From a bacterium (GTDB taxonomy: Bacteria; Patescibacteriota; Patescibacteriia; Patescibacteriales; UBA12465): 56,445 nt of DNA. Positions 44,419 to 55,310 of the stretch are shown piece by piece. Location: contig DAONYH010000005.1 in the NCBI GenBank assembly GCA_035414245.1, forward strand, positions 1-56,445, read 5' to 3'. The notes beneath the pieces were generated by a model. That model had not been told where the DNA came from, made no database searches, and saw only the letters and a list, made by a program, of their open reading frames with translations. Position numbers and translations under genes: made by a program. Numbering within the stretch: position 1 is the stretch's first letter; each line of letters starts with the position of its first letter.

Positions 44419-46116
44419 TTACATTTCTTCCAGCACCTCAATCCCCAGAATATTTAAACCGTTTTTAATCGTTTGTGAAATCGCTCTAATAAGGGATAGG
44501 CGGGCTTTTTTTATTCTTTTCTCCGCTTTTAAAATATTAATTGCGTGATAATAATCATTAGAGAGTTGTGCTAATTCAAATAAATATTTAGTTAATTCGC
44601 TCGGATTTTTTTTATCGTTGGCAGCGATAATTATTTCCGGATAGCGAGCAATTTTTATTAATAGTTCCTTTTCTTTTATTTCCGTTAGTAAGCCTAAATT
44701 TGTTTTACCTAGAAAATAGTTGTTTGATTCTTTTCTCAAAATGCTTTTAAGACGCGCATAACTATATTCTAAATAGCAAGCAGTGTATCCTTCAAATTTT
44801 AAGGCCTCTTCAATATTAAAAGTGATGATTTTATCGGCTCCGGTTTTCAACATTTCAAATTTGATAATCGCCTTGGTCAAAGTCCAAGCTGTCTCAGCTA
44901 CTTTTTCTTCGTCCCAATCCTCATGACGTTTGGCAGTTTCTTTTTCCAAACGAATTTTAATTTTATTTTTTAGTTCTTGATAAGTGATGATATTACCACT
45001 ACGCGAAGACATCATGCCTTCGGGCAGGGTGACAAAGTCGTATGGCAAATGAACTAATTTTTGTTTATAACCCAGTAGTTCTAAAACCTTGAAAAGTTGT
45101 TTGAAATAAAGACTTTGTCGGACATCGACGACATAAATTGATTCCTCCAAATCAAAAAGACTGAATTTATTAACGGCTAAAGCTAAATCAGCCACTGGGT
45201 AAAGAGCTGTTCCATCAGAACGAATAATCGGCAAGATGCCTAAATTGTATTTTTCTAAATCAGCAATAATTGCCCCTTCACTTTTTTTAAGAATTCCTTT
45301 TTCCAGTAAGGAATTAACCATTTTTAAGCCTTCATCAATAACTTCGCTTTCGTAAAAATATTTGCTGAATTTAATGCCTAAGTCTTTATAAATTTCAGCA
45401 TAATATTCCAAGCTCCAATTTCTGGTTTCTTTCCAAAGTTGATAATTTTCACCTTCCCGACTTTCAATATCTTGCATTATTTTCACAACTTCCGTTTGAT
45501 ATTCTGGTCGTTCTTTTAATTTTTGACTAGCTTCGGCATAGCATTTTCCTAATAAATAACCTTTAGGTTCGGTTTGATTAGCATAGGCAGGATTTTTTTT
45601 CCAATGCCAAAGAGTTTTAGCAACATGAATGCCAAAATCATTGAGATAAGAGACCGGAATCGCTCCGTAACCATTAGCCATTAAAAGACGATATATACTG
45701 TCGCCATAAGCAATATTACGCAAATGGCCGATATGACACTCTTTATGCGTATTACCATTGGAATATTCAATCATTATTTTTCTGCCCTCTCCGTTTTTAT
45801 TATGACCGTATTTTTCTTTTTTGATTTTTATTTCTCCTAAAACTTTTTCCGCCAATAATTCTGGCTTAAAGAAAAAGTTCAAATAAGGTCCAGTAGGCTC
45901 AATTTGCGCAAAAAAAGACATAATTTCCTTGTCTTTTTTTAAAGTTTTAGCTAAGGCAAGGGCTTGATCAGCCGGATTTGAAGATTTATTTTTTGATAAA
46001 TTAAAACAGGCCAAACTTAAATCGCCCAGCTCAGGACGAGGGGGATAAGAGAAAATTAAATCTTGATTACCAATGGTTGATTTTAATTTATTTTTAATTT
46101 CTGTCAGGAAGGACAT
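44419..46116 (-). CDS. argS: Arginine--tRNA ligase
   Basis: HIGHLRN (HIGH motif), MSSRSG (KMSKS-equivalent), and a DALR-type anticodon-binding C-domain; 565 aa. Confidence 0.93.
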   Translation of the reverse strand: MSFLTEIKNKLKSTIGNQDLIFSYPPRPELGDLSLACFNLSKNKSSNPADQALALAKTLKKDKEIMSFFAQIEPTGPYLNFFFKPELLAEKVLGEIKIKKEKYGHNKNGEGRKIMIEYSNGNTHKECHIGHLRNIAYGDSIYRLLMANGYGAIPVSYLNDFGIHVAKTLWHWKKNPAYANQTEPKGYLLGKCYAEASQKLKERPEYQTEVVKIMQDIESREGENYQLWKETRNWSLEYYAEIYKDLGIKFSKYFYESEVIDEGLKMVNSLLEKGILKKSEGAIIADLEKYNLGILPIIRSDGTALYPVADLALAVNKFSLFDLEESIYVVDVRQSLYFKQLFKVLELLGYKQKLVHLPYDFVTLPEGMMSSRSGNIITYQELKNKIKIRLEKETAKRHEDWDEEKVAETAWTLTKAIIKFEMLKTGADKIITFNIEEALKFEGYTACYLEYSYARLKSILRKESNNYFLGKTNLGLLTEIKEKELLIKIARYPEIIIAANDKKNPSELTKYLFELAQLSNDYYHAINILKAEKRIKKARLSLIRAISQTIKNGLNILGIEVLEEM

Positions 46117-46237
46117 AATAAGTCAAAAAATTCTTGGTAATTATTACTAATTTATGTTATAATATTATCAGAGTTTATCTAGTTTTTCAATCAACATTAA
46201 TAATTAAGCTAAACTGTCAAGTTGGCTTTTAAATTTT

Positions 46238-47224
46238 ATGTTTTCTTATCGTTCAATCTTAAAACAATCTTGGAACATCGCTTGGAAGCACAAGTATCTT
46301 TGGATTTTCGGACTCTTTGCTTCTATTGCGGCCGCCAGTGGCTCATTTGAGTACCAAATAATTTCTACTGGACTCCAAAATGGCGCTTTGGAAAATTCTT
46401 ACTACCAAATTAATCATTGGTTTGCCATTTTAGCTGCCATCTCCCAATTTTTAGTTGGTTTTTCTCAGCTTTTTTCTTATGATATTTTTACGATTATCAA
46501 TGTTTTATCAATCGTAATTGTTACTTTCATTTTAATTGTTTCTTTTTTTTGGTTGGCAATTTCTTCGCAAGGAGCTTTGGTTGTTAGTGTTAAAAAATTA
46601 TTAACCGCTAAAAAGAAAGCGCCGGATTTAAATTTAAGAGAAAATTTAGCGGTGGGACATCGTCATTTTTGGCCGGTTTTAGGATTTAATGTTTTAGCTA
46701 AGGTAATTATTAGCTTAATTTTAATCATTGTTAGTTTACCCCTAATTTTATTAACCTTAGTCGGAACATCTTATTTAGCTTTAGTTTATACTTTAACCTT
46801 CTTAATTTTAGTTCCTATTGCCGTGTCTTGCGCTTTAATTTTAAAATATGCCATCGCTTTTCAAGTTTTAGAAAAAGGTGATTTTTTCTCCTCTATTAAG
46901 AAAGCGTGGCGACTTTTTATTGGCAGTTGGTTGATTAGTTTAGAGATGGGCATCTTATTATTTATTATCAGCTTCTTGTTTGGTTTTATTATTTTAATAT
47001 TCTTAGCCCTCGTTGTTTTCCCTTATTTTATTTTTGCTTTAAGCTATGGTCTCACTTGGTTAATTATTTTATTAGGTTTGGCAACTTTAATAATTGTTAT
47101 TTTGTCCGGCTCCTTTATTACCACTTTCCAAATAGCTACTTGGACTAACTTATTTTTAGAATTAAAAGGAGGAAAGGGAGAGGCTAAGTTAGAACGTTTA
47201 GCTAAACCAAAGACCAAGAAGTAA
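46238..47224 (+). CDS. Polytopic membrane protein of unknown function
   Basis: 328 aa, about 6-7 TM helices and a Lys-rich tail. It ends 35 nt upstream of the double ATPase gene on the same strand. Confidence 0.6.
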   Translation: MFSYRSILKQSWNIAWKHKYLWIFGLFASIAAASGSFEYQIISTGLQNGALENSYYQINHWFAILAAISQFLVGFSQLFSYDIFTIINVLSIVIVTFILIVSFFWLAISSQGALVVSVKKLLTAKKKAPDLNLRENLAVGHRHFWPVLGFNVLAKVIISLILIIVSLPLILLTLVGTSYLALVYTLTFLILVPIAVSCALILKYAIAFQVLEKGDFFSSIKKAWRLFIGSWLISLEMGILLFIISFLFGFIILIFLALVVFPYFIFALSYGLTWLIILLGLATLIIVILSGSFITTFQIATWTNLFLELKGGKGEAKLERLAKPKTKK

Positions 47225-47259
47225 AATAATCAGTCTATCATATTGGTACGTATACGTAT

Positions 47260-50200
47260 ATGAGTAAATTAGATTCAATTGAAAGTTTAATAAATCCAAA
47301 TACAGGCGACGACGAAAGCGTCGCCGGTATTTTTGCGAGCAAACAGCAGGAAATTAAAAGCAAGGAAGAAGAAAGAAAAACTCAAAGAGATGCTTATAGT
47401 CTAGGAATGGACTATGTTAGTTTAATTAAATTTCCGGTTAGCCCTGAAGCTTTAATATTAATTCCTGAAAAAAGAGCCAGGGAAATTAAGGCGGTTTGTT
47501 TTTTCTATGACGGGAAAAATATTCGTTTGGGTTGTCTTTATCCTACTCAAGAAGTAATTGAGGAAATGGAAAGACTAAAAGAACAATATTATTGTGAAAC
47601 AAAACTATATTTAATTTCTCAAAACAGTTTTGAACGCGCTTTGGAAGTTTATAAAATTGTTCCTAAAGTAAAAAAATATAGTAGCGGTGTAGAAATTAGC
47701 TCTGAGCAACTTAAGAGATTTAAAGACGAATTGACTAGTTTTAAAAGTTTGAATGAAAAAATAAACGAAGTAAATATTACCGATGTTGTTACTTTAATGT
47801 TAGCGACGGCGATTAAGGTGAGCGCTAGTGATATTCATATTGAAGCTGAAGAAAGCGGTGTGGTGGTTAGAATTAGAATTGATGGTGTTTTGCAGGAAGC
47901 AGCAGTAATTGTGCGAGAAAAATGGCAAAAAATAATTTCTCGTTTAAAAATTTTAGCGCGGGTAAAAATAAATATTGATAAAAAACCGCAAGATGGTCGT
48001 TTTACAATTTATCTTGATGATCATAAAATTGATGTGCGTTGTTCTTTTTTACCAACCGCTTTTGGTGAAAGCGTGGTAATGCGTATTTTAGATGCTAAAG
48101 CTGATTCTTTAGATATTGAAAATTTAGGAATTAGACCAGAAATAGTGCCGATTTTAAAAAGAGAAATTTCTAAGCCGAATGGCTTAGTTTTGGCCACCGG
48201 GCCAACCGGTAGCGGCAAAACTACTACTTTATATTCAATTCTAAAAAAACTTAATAAGCCGGGTATAAAAATTATTACTTTAGAGGATCCGATTGAGTAT
48301 CGGCTGGAAGGCATTAATCAAAGTCAGGTTGATAGAAAACAGGGCTTTAGTTTTTCTGATGGTTTAAAATCGGTTTTGCGCCAAGACCCGAATATTGTGA
48401 TGGTAGGAGAAATACGCGATTTGGAAACAGCGGAAATTTCTATTCAAGCCGCTTTGACCGGTCACTTGGTTTTATCCACTTTACACACTAATGATGCTTC
48501 TGGTGTTATTCCGCGTTTAATTGATATTGGTGTAAAACCATATTTCTTAGCCCCATCTTTAAATGCAGTGATTGGGCAACGTTTAATCAGATTGCTTTGT
48601 CCTAAATGTCGACAAGAACAAACCCCGACCAAGGATGAGGAAGAAATGATTGCTAAGATTTTAGCGGTTATTTCTCCGAAAGCAGGCGTTGAAGTGCCAA
48701 CAATTCTACCGACTATTTATCAGGCTGGTGAAGGTTGTGAACATTGTAACTTTACTGGCTACAAAGGACGATCTGGTATCTTTGAAATATTTACTATTAC
48801 TGATAATATCCGTCAATTAACAGTTGACCAAGCGCCATCATTTAAAATATTACAACAAGCGATTGAAAATGGCATGATTACCATGTTACAAGACGGAGTA
48901 TTGAAAGTTTTGGAAGGGGTAACTAGTCTAGAAGAAGTGTATCGCGTGGTTGGTAACTTTGATTATGTTGATGAGTTGTATGATATTGTTATTTCGCAAA
49001 CCATTGGTCGAGGAATTAGAATTGATACAGAACAAATGGCTGAAGTAACCGACTTGGCCAAAGATATTTTAAATATTAATGATAAGGTAAAAAATTTACC
49101 CACTTCTCGTTTAATCGGTTTGACTATGGGATTAGCAGCACAAAGAGATGCCGGAGATATTCATATTGAACCAACTGAAAATAATGTGAAAGTTCGTTTT
49201 CGTATTGATGGTATAATGCACGATATTTTAACTCTGCCTAAAACCAGTTATTTGCCTTTAATATCGGAAATAAAAATTTTAGCCGGTACCCCGACTAATA
49301 TTAAGAAAGCCACTTTTGACGGTCGCTTTAGTATTTATTTGCCGGAAAAGAAAAAAATTGATTGTCGTTTATCAATTATTTCCGGTGGTTATGGAGAAAC
49401 AATTGTTATTCGTTTGCTTTCCACTTCGGCTGCTAATTTAGATATGGAAAAATTGGGCATTACTTCAACTTCCTTAACCGCCATGCAGAACGCGATGAAG
49501 AAAAATCGCGGTATTATTATTACTACTGGGCCAACGGGCAGCGGTAAAACCACGACTTTGTATAGTATTTTAAATAAGCTTAATAAACCTGATGTTAAGA
49601 TTATTACGGTTGAAGATCCGATTGAATATCAATTGGCCGGAGTCATGCAAACGCAAATTGATGAAGCTCATGGCTATACTTTTGCCTCTGCCATGCGTTC
49701 CTTGCTTCGTCAAAATCCAAACATTATGATGATTGGGGAAATCAGAGATGCAGAAACAGCTAAGATTGCGATTGAAGCTTCAATGACTGGTCACTTAGTA
49801 TTATCCACTATTCATGCCAATAGCGCTGCCAGCGCGGTTTCTCGCTTTTCCGGTTTAGGCGTTGATCGTCAGGCACTCGCTAATTCAATGGAGTTTGCGA
49901 TTGGACAAAGATTAGTGAGAAGAATTTGTCCTCATTGTAAACAAGTTCATGAAGTAAATCCGGAAGATTTAAAAAGAGTAAAAGAAGCTCTTAAAGCTAT
50001 TAATAATCCGGCTGTTAAAATACCTGAACAATTAACATTTTATAAAGGAGCGGGTTGCGATAAATGCGGTCAAATTGGCTACAAAGGACGAATTGGTTTG
50101 TATGAAACAATTGAGATGATTCCGGAAATCAGAAAAATAATTCAAGAAGAAAAAATAACCGACTATGAAATAGAACAAATTGCCATTAAAAATGGCATGG

Positions 50201-50277
50201 TTACTATGTTGCAAGATGGTATTTTAAAAGCCTTGGCCGGAGAAACTGCGCTTGAAGAAGTTTTCCGAGTCGCTTAA
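47260..50277 (+). CDS. Tandem-duplicated GspE/PilB-family secretion ATPase (two complete ATPase modules in one polypeptide)
   Basis: A GspII_E-N-like N-terminus is followed by two full modules. Walker A GPTGSGKTTT occurs at 48199-48228 and 49528-49557. Walker B reads IVMVGEIRD / IMMIGEIRD, and the His box TGHLVLSTLHTN / TGHLVLSTIHAN. Each module has a tetracysteine motif (CPKC...CEHC and CPHC...CDKC). Confidence 0.9.
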   Translation: MSKLDSIESLINPNTGDDESVAGIFASKQQEIKSKEEERKTQRDAYSLGMDYVSLIKFPVSPEALILIPEKRAREIKAVCFFYDGKNIRLGCLYPTQEVIEEMERLKEQYYCETKLYLISQNSFERALEVYKIVPKVKKYSSGVEISSEQLKRFKDELTSFKSLNEKINEVNITDVVTLMLATAIKVSASDIHIEAEESGVVVRIRIDGVLQEAAVIVREKWQKIISRLKILARVKINIDKKPQDGRFTIYLDDHKIDVRCSFLPTAFGESVVMRILDAKADSLDIENLGIRPEIVPILKREISKPNGLVLATGPTGSGKTTTLYSILKKLNKPGIKIITLEDPIEYRLEGINQSQVDRKQGFSFSDGLKSVLRQDPNIVMVGEIRDLETAEISIQAALTGHLVLSTLHTNDASGVIPRLIDIGVKPYFLAPSLNAVIGQRLIRLLCPKCRQEQTPTKDEEEMIAKILAVISPKAGVEVPTILPTIYQAGEGCEHCNFTGYKGRSGIFEIFTITDNIRQLTVDQAPSFKILQQAIENGMITMLQDGVLKVLEGVTSLEEVYRVVGNFDYVDELYDIVISQTIGRGIRIDTEQMAEVTDLAKDILNINDKVKNLPTSRLIGLTMGLAAQRDAGDIHIEPTENNVKVRFRIDGIMHDILTLPKTSYLPLISEIKILAGTPTNIKKATFDGRFSIYLPEKKKIDCRLSIISGGYGETIVIRLLSTSAANLDMEKLGITSTSLTAMQNAMKKNRGIIITTGPTGSGKTTTLYSILNKLNKPDVKIITVEDPIEYQLAGVMQTQIDEAHGYTFASAMRSLLRQNPNIMMIGEIRDAETAKIAIEASMTGHLVLSTIHANSAASAVSRFSGLGVDRQALANSMEFAIGQRLVRRICPHCKQVHEVNPEDLKRVKEALKAINNPAVKIPEQLTFYKGAGCDKCGQIGYKGRIGLYETIEMIPEIRKIIQEEKITDYEIEQIAIKNGMVTMLQDGILKALAGETALEEVFRVA

Positions 50278-50405
50278 AATACAAATACAATATCGCTTAA
50301 AAATAAATGCAATGTCGCTCAAACTGGATATCGTTAAAATGGAAGTTGCTAAAACGCAATATCGTTTAGAACACAATTAGTTTAGGGCATGAAAATAGAA
50401 AATAT

Positions 50406-50981
50406 ATGATTGATAAAAAATTTTTAGAAACTTTACGCGCTGATTACTTGGCTAATGAAAAAGAAAGACGGCAAATTATTAATGCCTCCAATAATCTTTT
50501 ATTTGAAGCAAAAAAAATAATTTTTTTATTACAACGTCAAGATTTTAAAGAAGCAGAAAAAAAGTTCGCTGAATTAGAGAGTTTATTTAAAAATTTAGCC
50601 AAAAAATTTGGCTTAGAGCGTTTAAAAAAGGAAGGAACTTATAAAGCAGCGGCTGAAGAATATTTAGAAGCAAAAACCTTGTTTTTGGTCATCAAAAAAA
50701 AGAAAATCGGACCAATTAAAGATTTGGTTTTTGATTACGAAGCTTACCTGGGAGGAATTTGCGACCTAATTGGCGAACTAGTTCGTTATGCCACGAATCA
50801 AGCGGCCAAAGGAAAGTTTGCGGAAGTTTATAAGATTAAAAAAACCGCCGAAGAAATTATGGCTCAACTGATTGATTTTGATTTAACAGGTTACTTAAGA
50901 ACTAAATATGATCAAGCCCGTGGTCATTTAAGAAAACTGGAGCAAATGGCCTACGAAATTCGTCTAAGAACCGATAAATAG
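50406..50981 (+). CDS. Translin-family protein
   Basis: ...YLEAKTLFLVI..., ...YLGGICDLIGELVRYATNQAAKGKF..., ...LRTKYDQARGHLRKLEQMAYEI fit the translin helical-bundle pattern. Assigned by eye. Confidence 0.6.
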   Translation: MIDKKFLETLRADYLANEKERRQIINASNNLLFEAKKIIFLLQRQDFKEAEKKFAELESLFKNLAKKFGLERLKKEGTYKAAAEEYLEAKTLFLVIKKKKIGPIKDLVFDYEAYLGGICDLIGELVRYATNQAAKGKFAEVYKIKKTAEEIMAQLIDFDLTGYLRTKYDQARGHLRKLEQMAYEIRLRTDK

Positions 50982-50985
50982 TTTT

Positions 50986-51486
50986 ATGAAAATAGTAATC
51001 ATTTCCGATCTTCATGATAATATTTTTAATCTGGAAAAATTGCTTAACTGGTGTCAGAAAAATAAAATCAGTAAAATAATTTGTTGTGGTGATGTTTGCA
51101 GCGCTGCCACGCTAAAATTTCTCTCCGCCCAATTTAACGGTGAGATTTTTTTAGTTTTAGGGAATGGTGATTTTTATGAGAAGAAAGATTATCAAAAAAT
51201 GAAAAATGTTCGTTATTATGGTTTAGTGGGAGAAGAAAAAATTTCTGGCTTAAATTTTATTTTTTCCCACTATGAAAAAGAAATTAAGAAAGAACTTGAG
51301 GTTAGCAAAGAAAAATTTGACTTTGCTTTTTATGGTCATAGTCATAAACCCTGGTTAGAAAAAAAAGGAAAATTAATATTGGCCAACCCCGGAAACTTAG
51401 CGGGCATTTTTTATAACCCTACTTTCGCAGTTTTAGACACGACCACTAAAAATTTAGAATTAAAAATTTTAGATGAAACATTTTAA
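50986..51486 (+). CDS. YfcE/MJ0936-type metallophosphoesterase
   Basis: The motifs ISDLHDN, CCGDV, LGNGD and YGHSH occur in the canonical order. Confidence 0.8.
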   Translation: MKIVIISDLHDNIFNLEKLLNWCQKNKISKIICCGDVCSAATLKFLSAQFNGEIFLVLGNGDFYEKKDYQKMKNVRYYGLVGEEKISGLNFIFSHYEKEIKKELEVSKEKFDFAFYGHSHKPWLEKKGKLILANPGNLAGIFYNPTFAVLDTTTKNLELKILDETF

Positions 51487-51534
51487 ATAAATAATAGAGT
51501 TTAAGCTAAATTAGCAGGCGTTGAGTAGAAAATA

Positions 51535-51561
51535 AAAAATGGGGTAAAAGCCCCATTTTTG
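51535..51561. terminator. Bidirectional terminator between convergent genes
   Basis: AAATGGGG-TAAAAG-CCCCATTT, flanked by A and T runs. Confidence 0.75.
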
Positions 51562-51619
51562 TAATTAGTAAAATTAATAATTATTGATTCAAGATTTTTT
51601 TTGAATAAATGTCAGTTGA

Positions 51620-54115
51620 TTATTGATTCAAAATTTCTTTTAAATAAATACCAGTAAAACTTTTTTTATTTTTCGCTACTTCTAAAGGAGTGCCGGTGGC
51701 TACTAAATAACCGCCTTTTTCTCCTCCCTCAGGTCCTAAATCAATTATCCAATCAGCTGATTTGATTACATCTAAATTATGTTCAATCACTAAAACAGTA
51801 TTACCCTGATCAACTAATAAGTTCAAAACTTTAAGTAGACGGTCAATATCATCAAAATGAAGACCAGTGGTTGGTTCATCTAAAATATAAAGCGTTTTGC
51901 CGGTGGAGCGACGTGCTAATTCGGTTGCTAATTTAATTCTTTGCGCTTCTCCGCCAGAAAAAGTAGTGGCACTTTGACCTAAACGAATATAACCTAAGCC
52001 AACTTTTTCTAAAGTGCTAAGCTTTTGAATGATAGATGGATTATTAACAAAAAAGCGACTGGCTTCAGAAACGGTCATTTCTAAAATTTCATAAATATTT
52101 TTTCCTTGGTATAAAACGCTTAAGACTTTTTCAGTAAATTTCTTGCCCCCGCAAACATCGCAAGTAATAAAAACATCAGATAAAAATTGCATTTCCACTT
52201 TGATTGCTCCGTCGCCCGCACAATTTTCACAACGTCCCCCGGGAACATTAAAAGAGAAGTGGCCGGCGCTTAAACCTTTTACGCGCGCTTCTGGTAACTC
52301 GGCAAAAAGATCACGGATATTAGTAAACAAACCAGTATAAGTTGCTGGATTAGAACGAGGTGTTTTACCAATTGCTGATTGATCAATGTTAATTATTTTA
52401 TCAATATTTTCCACACCCAGAATTTCCTGATGAGCGCCAACATCAGTTTTAGCGCGATAAAACTTTTTACTTAAATAGTTGGCCAAAATATCATTCATTA
52501 AAGTTGATTTGCCTGAACCGGAAACTCCGGTAATCGCCACCAGTTTTCCCAAAGGAAATTTAACATCAATATTTTTTAAATTATGTTCTTTGGCGCCTTT
52601 TATTTCTAAAAATTTACCCGAGCCGGCGCGAAATTTTTTTGGTACAACAATTTTTTTGCGACCGGATAAATAAGCGCCAGTTAAAGATTGAGTTGAATTA
52701 ATAATTTCTTGAGGAGCGCCACTAAATAATATCTCTCCTCCGTTTTCGCCGGCACCCGGTCCAATATCAATTAAATAGTCAGCCGCCAACATCGTGGCAG
52801 CGTCATGTTCAACAATAATTACCGTGTTACCGTTATCGCGTAAATTTTTTAAAGTATTGATTAATTTTTCATTATCTTTTTGATGTAAGCCGATTGATGG
52901 TTCATCAAGCACGTAAAGAACACCTGATAAAGCTGAGCCAACTTGAGAGGCTAGACGAATTCTTTGCGCTTCTCCGCCGGAAAGAGTTGCGGCTGAGCGG
53001 GACAGTGTTAAATAGTTTAAACCGACATCGGCCAAAAAACCAAGATTTTTATCTATTTCCTTGGCGATGGGTAATAATATTTGCGCTTGTCCATTAAAAA
53101 TTTTATTGTTTTTTGTCCAATCAACAAATAATTTTTTGGCTTTCTCAATACTTAATTGAGTAATTTCAAAAATATTTAGGCCGTTAATTTTTACAGCTAA
53201 AGATTCTGGTTTTAAGCGAGCGCCAAAACATAAAGGACAAAGCGCATTATGCATGGTTTTTTCAATTTCCTGTTTAACAAAATTAGATTTAGTTTCTTGA
53301 TATTTATTTTCTAAATATTTTATTATCCCCGGAAACTTTTCATCGCCTTTTAATAATAAATTTTTTATATTTAAGGGCAAATCTTTGATTGCTTCTCGCA
53401 AACTAAAATTATGGCGAGTGGCTAGATTTTCTAAGTCAGTTAAAAGACCGTTACCATTTAGATTAGAATGAGAAAGAGATTTAATTGCGCCTTCTAAAAT
53501 ACTTAAATTATTATTAAAAACCAGTTCTGGATCTATTTCTAAACGAACACCCAAGCCTGAACAGGTGGGACAAGCGCCATGACCAGAATTAAAAGAAAAT
53601 TCTCTTGGTTCTAAACTCGGTCTTTTATAACCACAATCGGCGCAAAAGAAAGATCTTTCAATTTTGCTAGACTTAATAGTTCGCTTGCCCACGATTTTAA
53701 TCTTTTTCTTTTCCTCAGCCATTTTTTTTAATTTGCTTCCACAATTAGGACAACTGGGCTCTCCGCATTTAGCATAAAGCAAACGCAAGTAATCATAGAT
53801 TTCTGTAATTGTTCCGACTGTTGAACGAGGATTATGACCGACGGTGCGTTGATCAATTGAAATGGCGGGCGACAAACCCTCAATTAAATCAACATCAGGC
53901 TTATCCATCAAATCAACAAATTGACGCGCATAAGAAGACAGGGACTCAACATAACGTCTTTGTCCCTCCGCATAAATAGTATCAAAGGCGAGTGATGATT
54001 TTCCTGACCCGGAAAGTCCGGTTATTACTATGAGTTTACGACGAGGAATATCCAAACTAATATTTTTCAAATTATTAGTACGAGCACCACGAACTTTTAT
54101 AAAATCAGACACCAT
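51620..54115 (-). CDS. uvrA: UvrA-family ABC ATPase lacking the UvrB-binding domain (class II UvrA-like)
   Basis: [14 protein letters not shown], two LSGGEAQRI signatures, and a second Walker [11 protein letters not shown]. Only ~32 aa separate CPNCG from [19 protein letters not shown], whereas E. coli UvrA has ~130 aa there. The total is 831 aa versus ~940. Confidence 0.85.
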   Translation of the reverse strand: MVSDFIKVRGARTNNLKNISLDIPRRKLIVITGLSGSGKSSLAFDTIYAEGQRRYVESLSSYARQFVDLMDKPDVDLIEGLSPAISIDQRTVGHNPRSTVGTITEIYDYLRLLYAKCGEPSCPNCGSKLKKMAEEKKKIKIVGKRTIKSSKIERSFFCADCGYKRPSLEPREFSFNSGHGACPTCSGLGVRLEIDPELVFNNNLSILEGAIKSLSHSNLNGNGLLTDLENLATRHNFSLREAIKDLPLNIKNLLLKGDEKFPGIIKYLENKYQETKSNFVKQEIEKTMHNALCPLCFGARLKPESLAVKINGLNIFEITQLSIEKAKKLFVDWTKNNKIFNGQAQILLPIAKEIDKNLGFLADVGLNYLTLSRSAATLSGGEAQRIRLASQVGSALSGVLYVLDEPSIGLHQKDNEKLINTLKNLRDNGNTVIIVEHDAATMLAADYLIDIGPGAGENGGEILFSGAPQEIINSTQSLTGAYLSGRKKIVVPKKFRAGSGKFLEIKGAKEHNLKNIDVKFPLGKLVAITGVSGSGKSTLMNDILANYLSKKFYRAKTDVGAHQEILGVENIDKIINIDQSAIGKTPRSNPATYTGLFTNIRDLFAELPEARVKGLSAGHFSFNVPGGRCENCAGDGAIKVEMQFLSDVFITCDVCGGKKFTEKVLSVLYQGKNIYEILEMTVSEASRFFVNNPSIIQKLSTLEKVGLGYIRLGQSATTFSGGEAQRIKLATELARRSTGKTLYILDEPTTGLHFDDIDRLLKVLNLLVDQGNTVLVIEHNLDVIKSADWIIDLGPEGGEKGGYLVATGTPLEVAKNKKSFTGIYLKEILNQ

Positions 54116-54243
54116 AGTTTAAGAAAAATTAAAAATAATTATCGCGAATTATTATACAGTAAAATTAATAAAAAAACAAGACCAAAATGATCAAGTTTAT
54201 TTTTAAGTTAAATCAGTTTATTGTTTCAAGTTAAATAAGGGTT

Positions 54244-55281
54244 TTATAAAATCGGATAAAAGAGACGAAAGAAAAAAATCATTATTTTATGGGTTATTTT
54301 GATTTTTTTATTTTCTCCTAAAAATGGCTCAGCTTCAACTTTCCATTTTTCAATAATTGTTTTTACATCATTAACTAAAGTTCTTTGCGAAGAAAGAATG
54401 CCGGCTTCAAGGTTGGGGCCGAAAGATAAGATATCTAAATTTTGCGAACCAATCATTACTTCTTTATCATCAATTAGCAGTATTTTAGCATGATTCATGG
54501 TTTTGCTTAAATAAAATTTAATGCCAATCGCTGAAAAGCGACAATAATTCAAAAAATTTACTTGATCTAAATATCTAATATCCGTATTTTTAGGAATTAT
54601 TATTTCAACGTTTACTTGCCTGCGACAAGCATCATCAAGTAAAGCAATCAACCAACGAGGCGGCAAAAAATAAGGGGTGACAATTTGAATAGATTGCTTA
54701 GCATTTTTAATTTTAGCGCGATAGTGGCGGTTAAGATAATAAGGATTTTTTGCACCCAAGACATTATCAACAATAAAAGATTTAATTTTTTTTGGAAAAG
54801 GAGTAAAGCTGAATTTTAAAATTGATTGCCGCTTGCCACCGCTTTTTTTATATGAATTAGCAAACGATTTTAAGATTGGTTTTATAATTGCTCCCTGCAA
54901 GCGAATTTGCATATCACGCCAGTTACGTGATTTTTCTTTGATATTAACGCCACCTAAAAACGCAATCTTATTATCAACAATCAGAATTTTACGATGAGTA
55001 CGTTTAAGCCAATGACTAAAGAAAATAAAATCTATCCCTAAGTCGCGCAGACTTTTTACTTCTTGCGTTTTTAAAGATGAACTTCCATAAGCATCGGCAA
55101 TAATTACCACTTCCACACCACTTTTTACCTTTTCTTTCAGTAACTTAAAAAAATCATGAGTCTGATTAGTGTCGTTAGCAAAAATATACATTTCCAGATA
55201 AATCGATTTTTCCGCCTTAGACATGGCCGCAAACATTCCGTCCCAAGCTTTTTGTGAAGTTGTATATAAACGGTATTTCAT
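54244..55281 (-). CDS. Phospholipase D-family protein (cardiolipin-synthase-like, two HKD motifs)
   Basis: HRKILIVDNKIAFLGGVN and HAKILLIDDKEVMIGSQN. There are no N-terminal TM helices. Confidence 0.8.
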   Translation of the reverse strand: MKYRLYTTSQKAWDGMFAAMSKAEKSIYLEMYIFANDTNQTHDFFKLLKEKVKSGVEVVIIADAYGSSSLKTQEVKSLRDLGIDFIFFSHWLKRTHRKILIVDNKIAFLGGVNIKEKSRNWRDMQIRLQGAIIKPILKSFANSYKKSGGKRQSILKFSFTPFPKKIKSFIVDNVLGAKNPYYLNRHYRAKIKNAKQSIQIVTPYFLPPRWLIALLDDACRRQVNVEIIIPKNTDIRYLDQVNFLNYCRFSAIGIKFYLSKTMNHAKILLIDDKEVMIGSQNLDILSFGPNLEAGILSSQRTLVNDVKTIIEKWKVEAEPFLGENKKIKITHKIMIFFFRLFYPIL

Positions 55282-55310
55282 TACTTAAACAACACCTTAA
55301 AGACGTTTTC

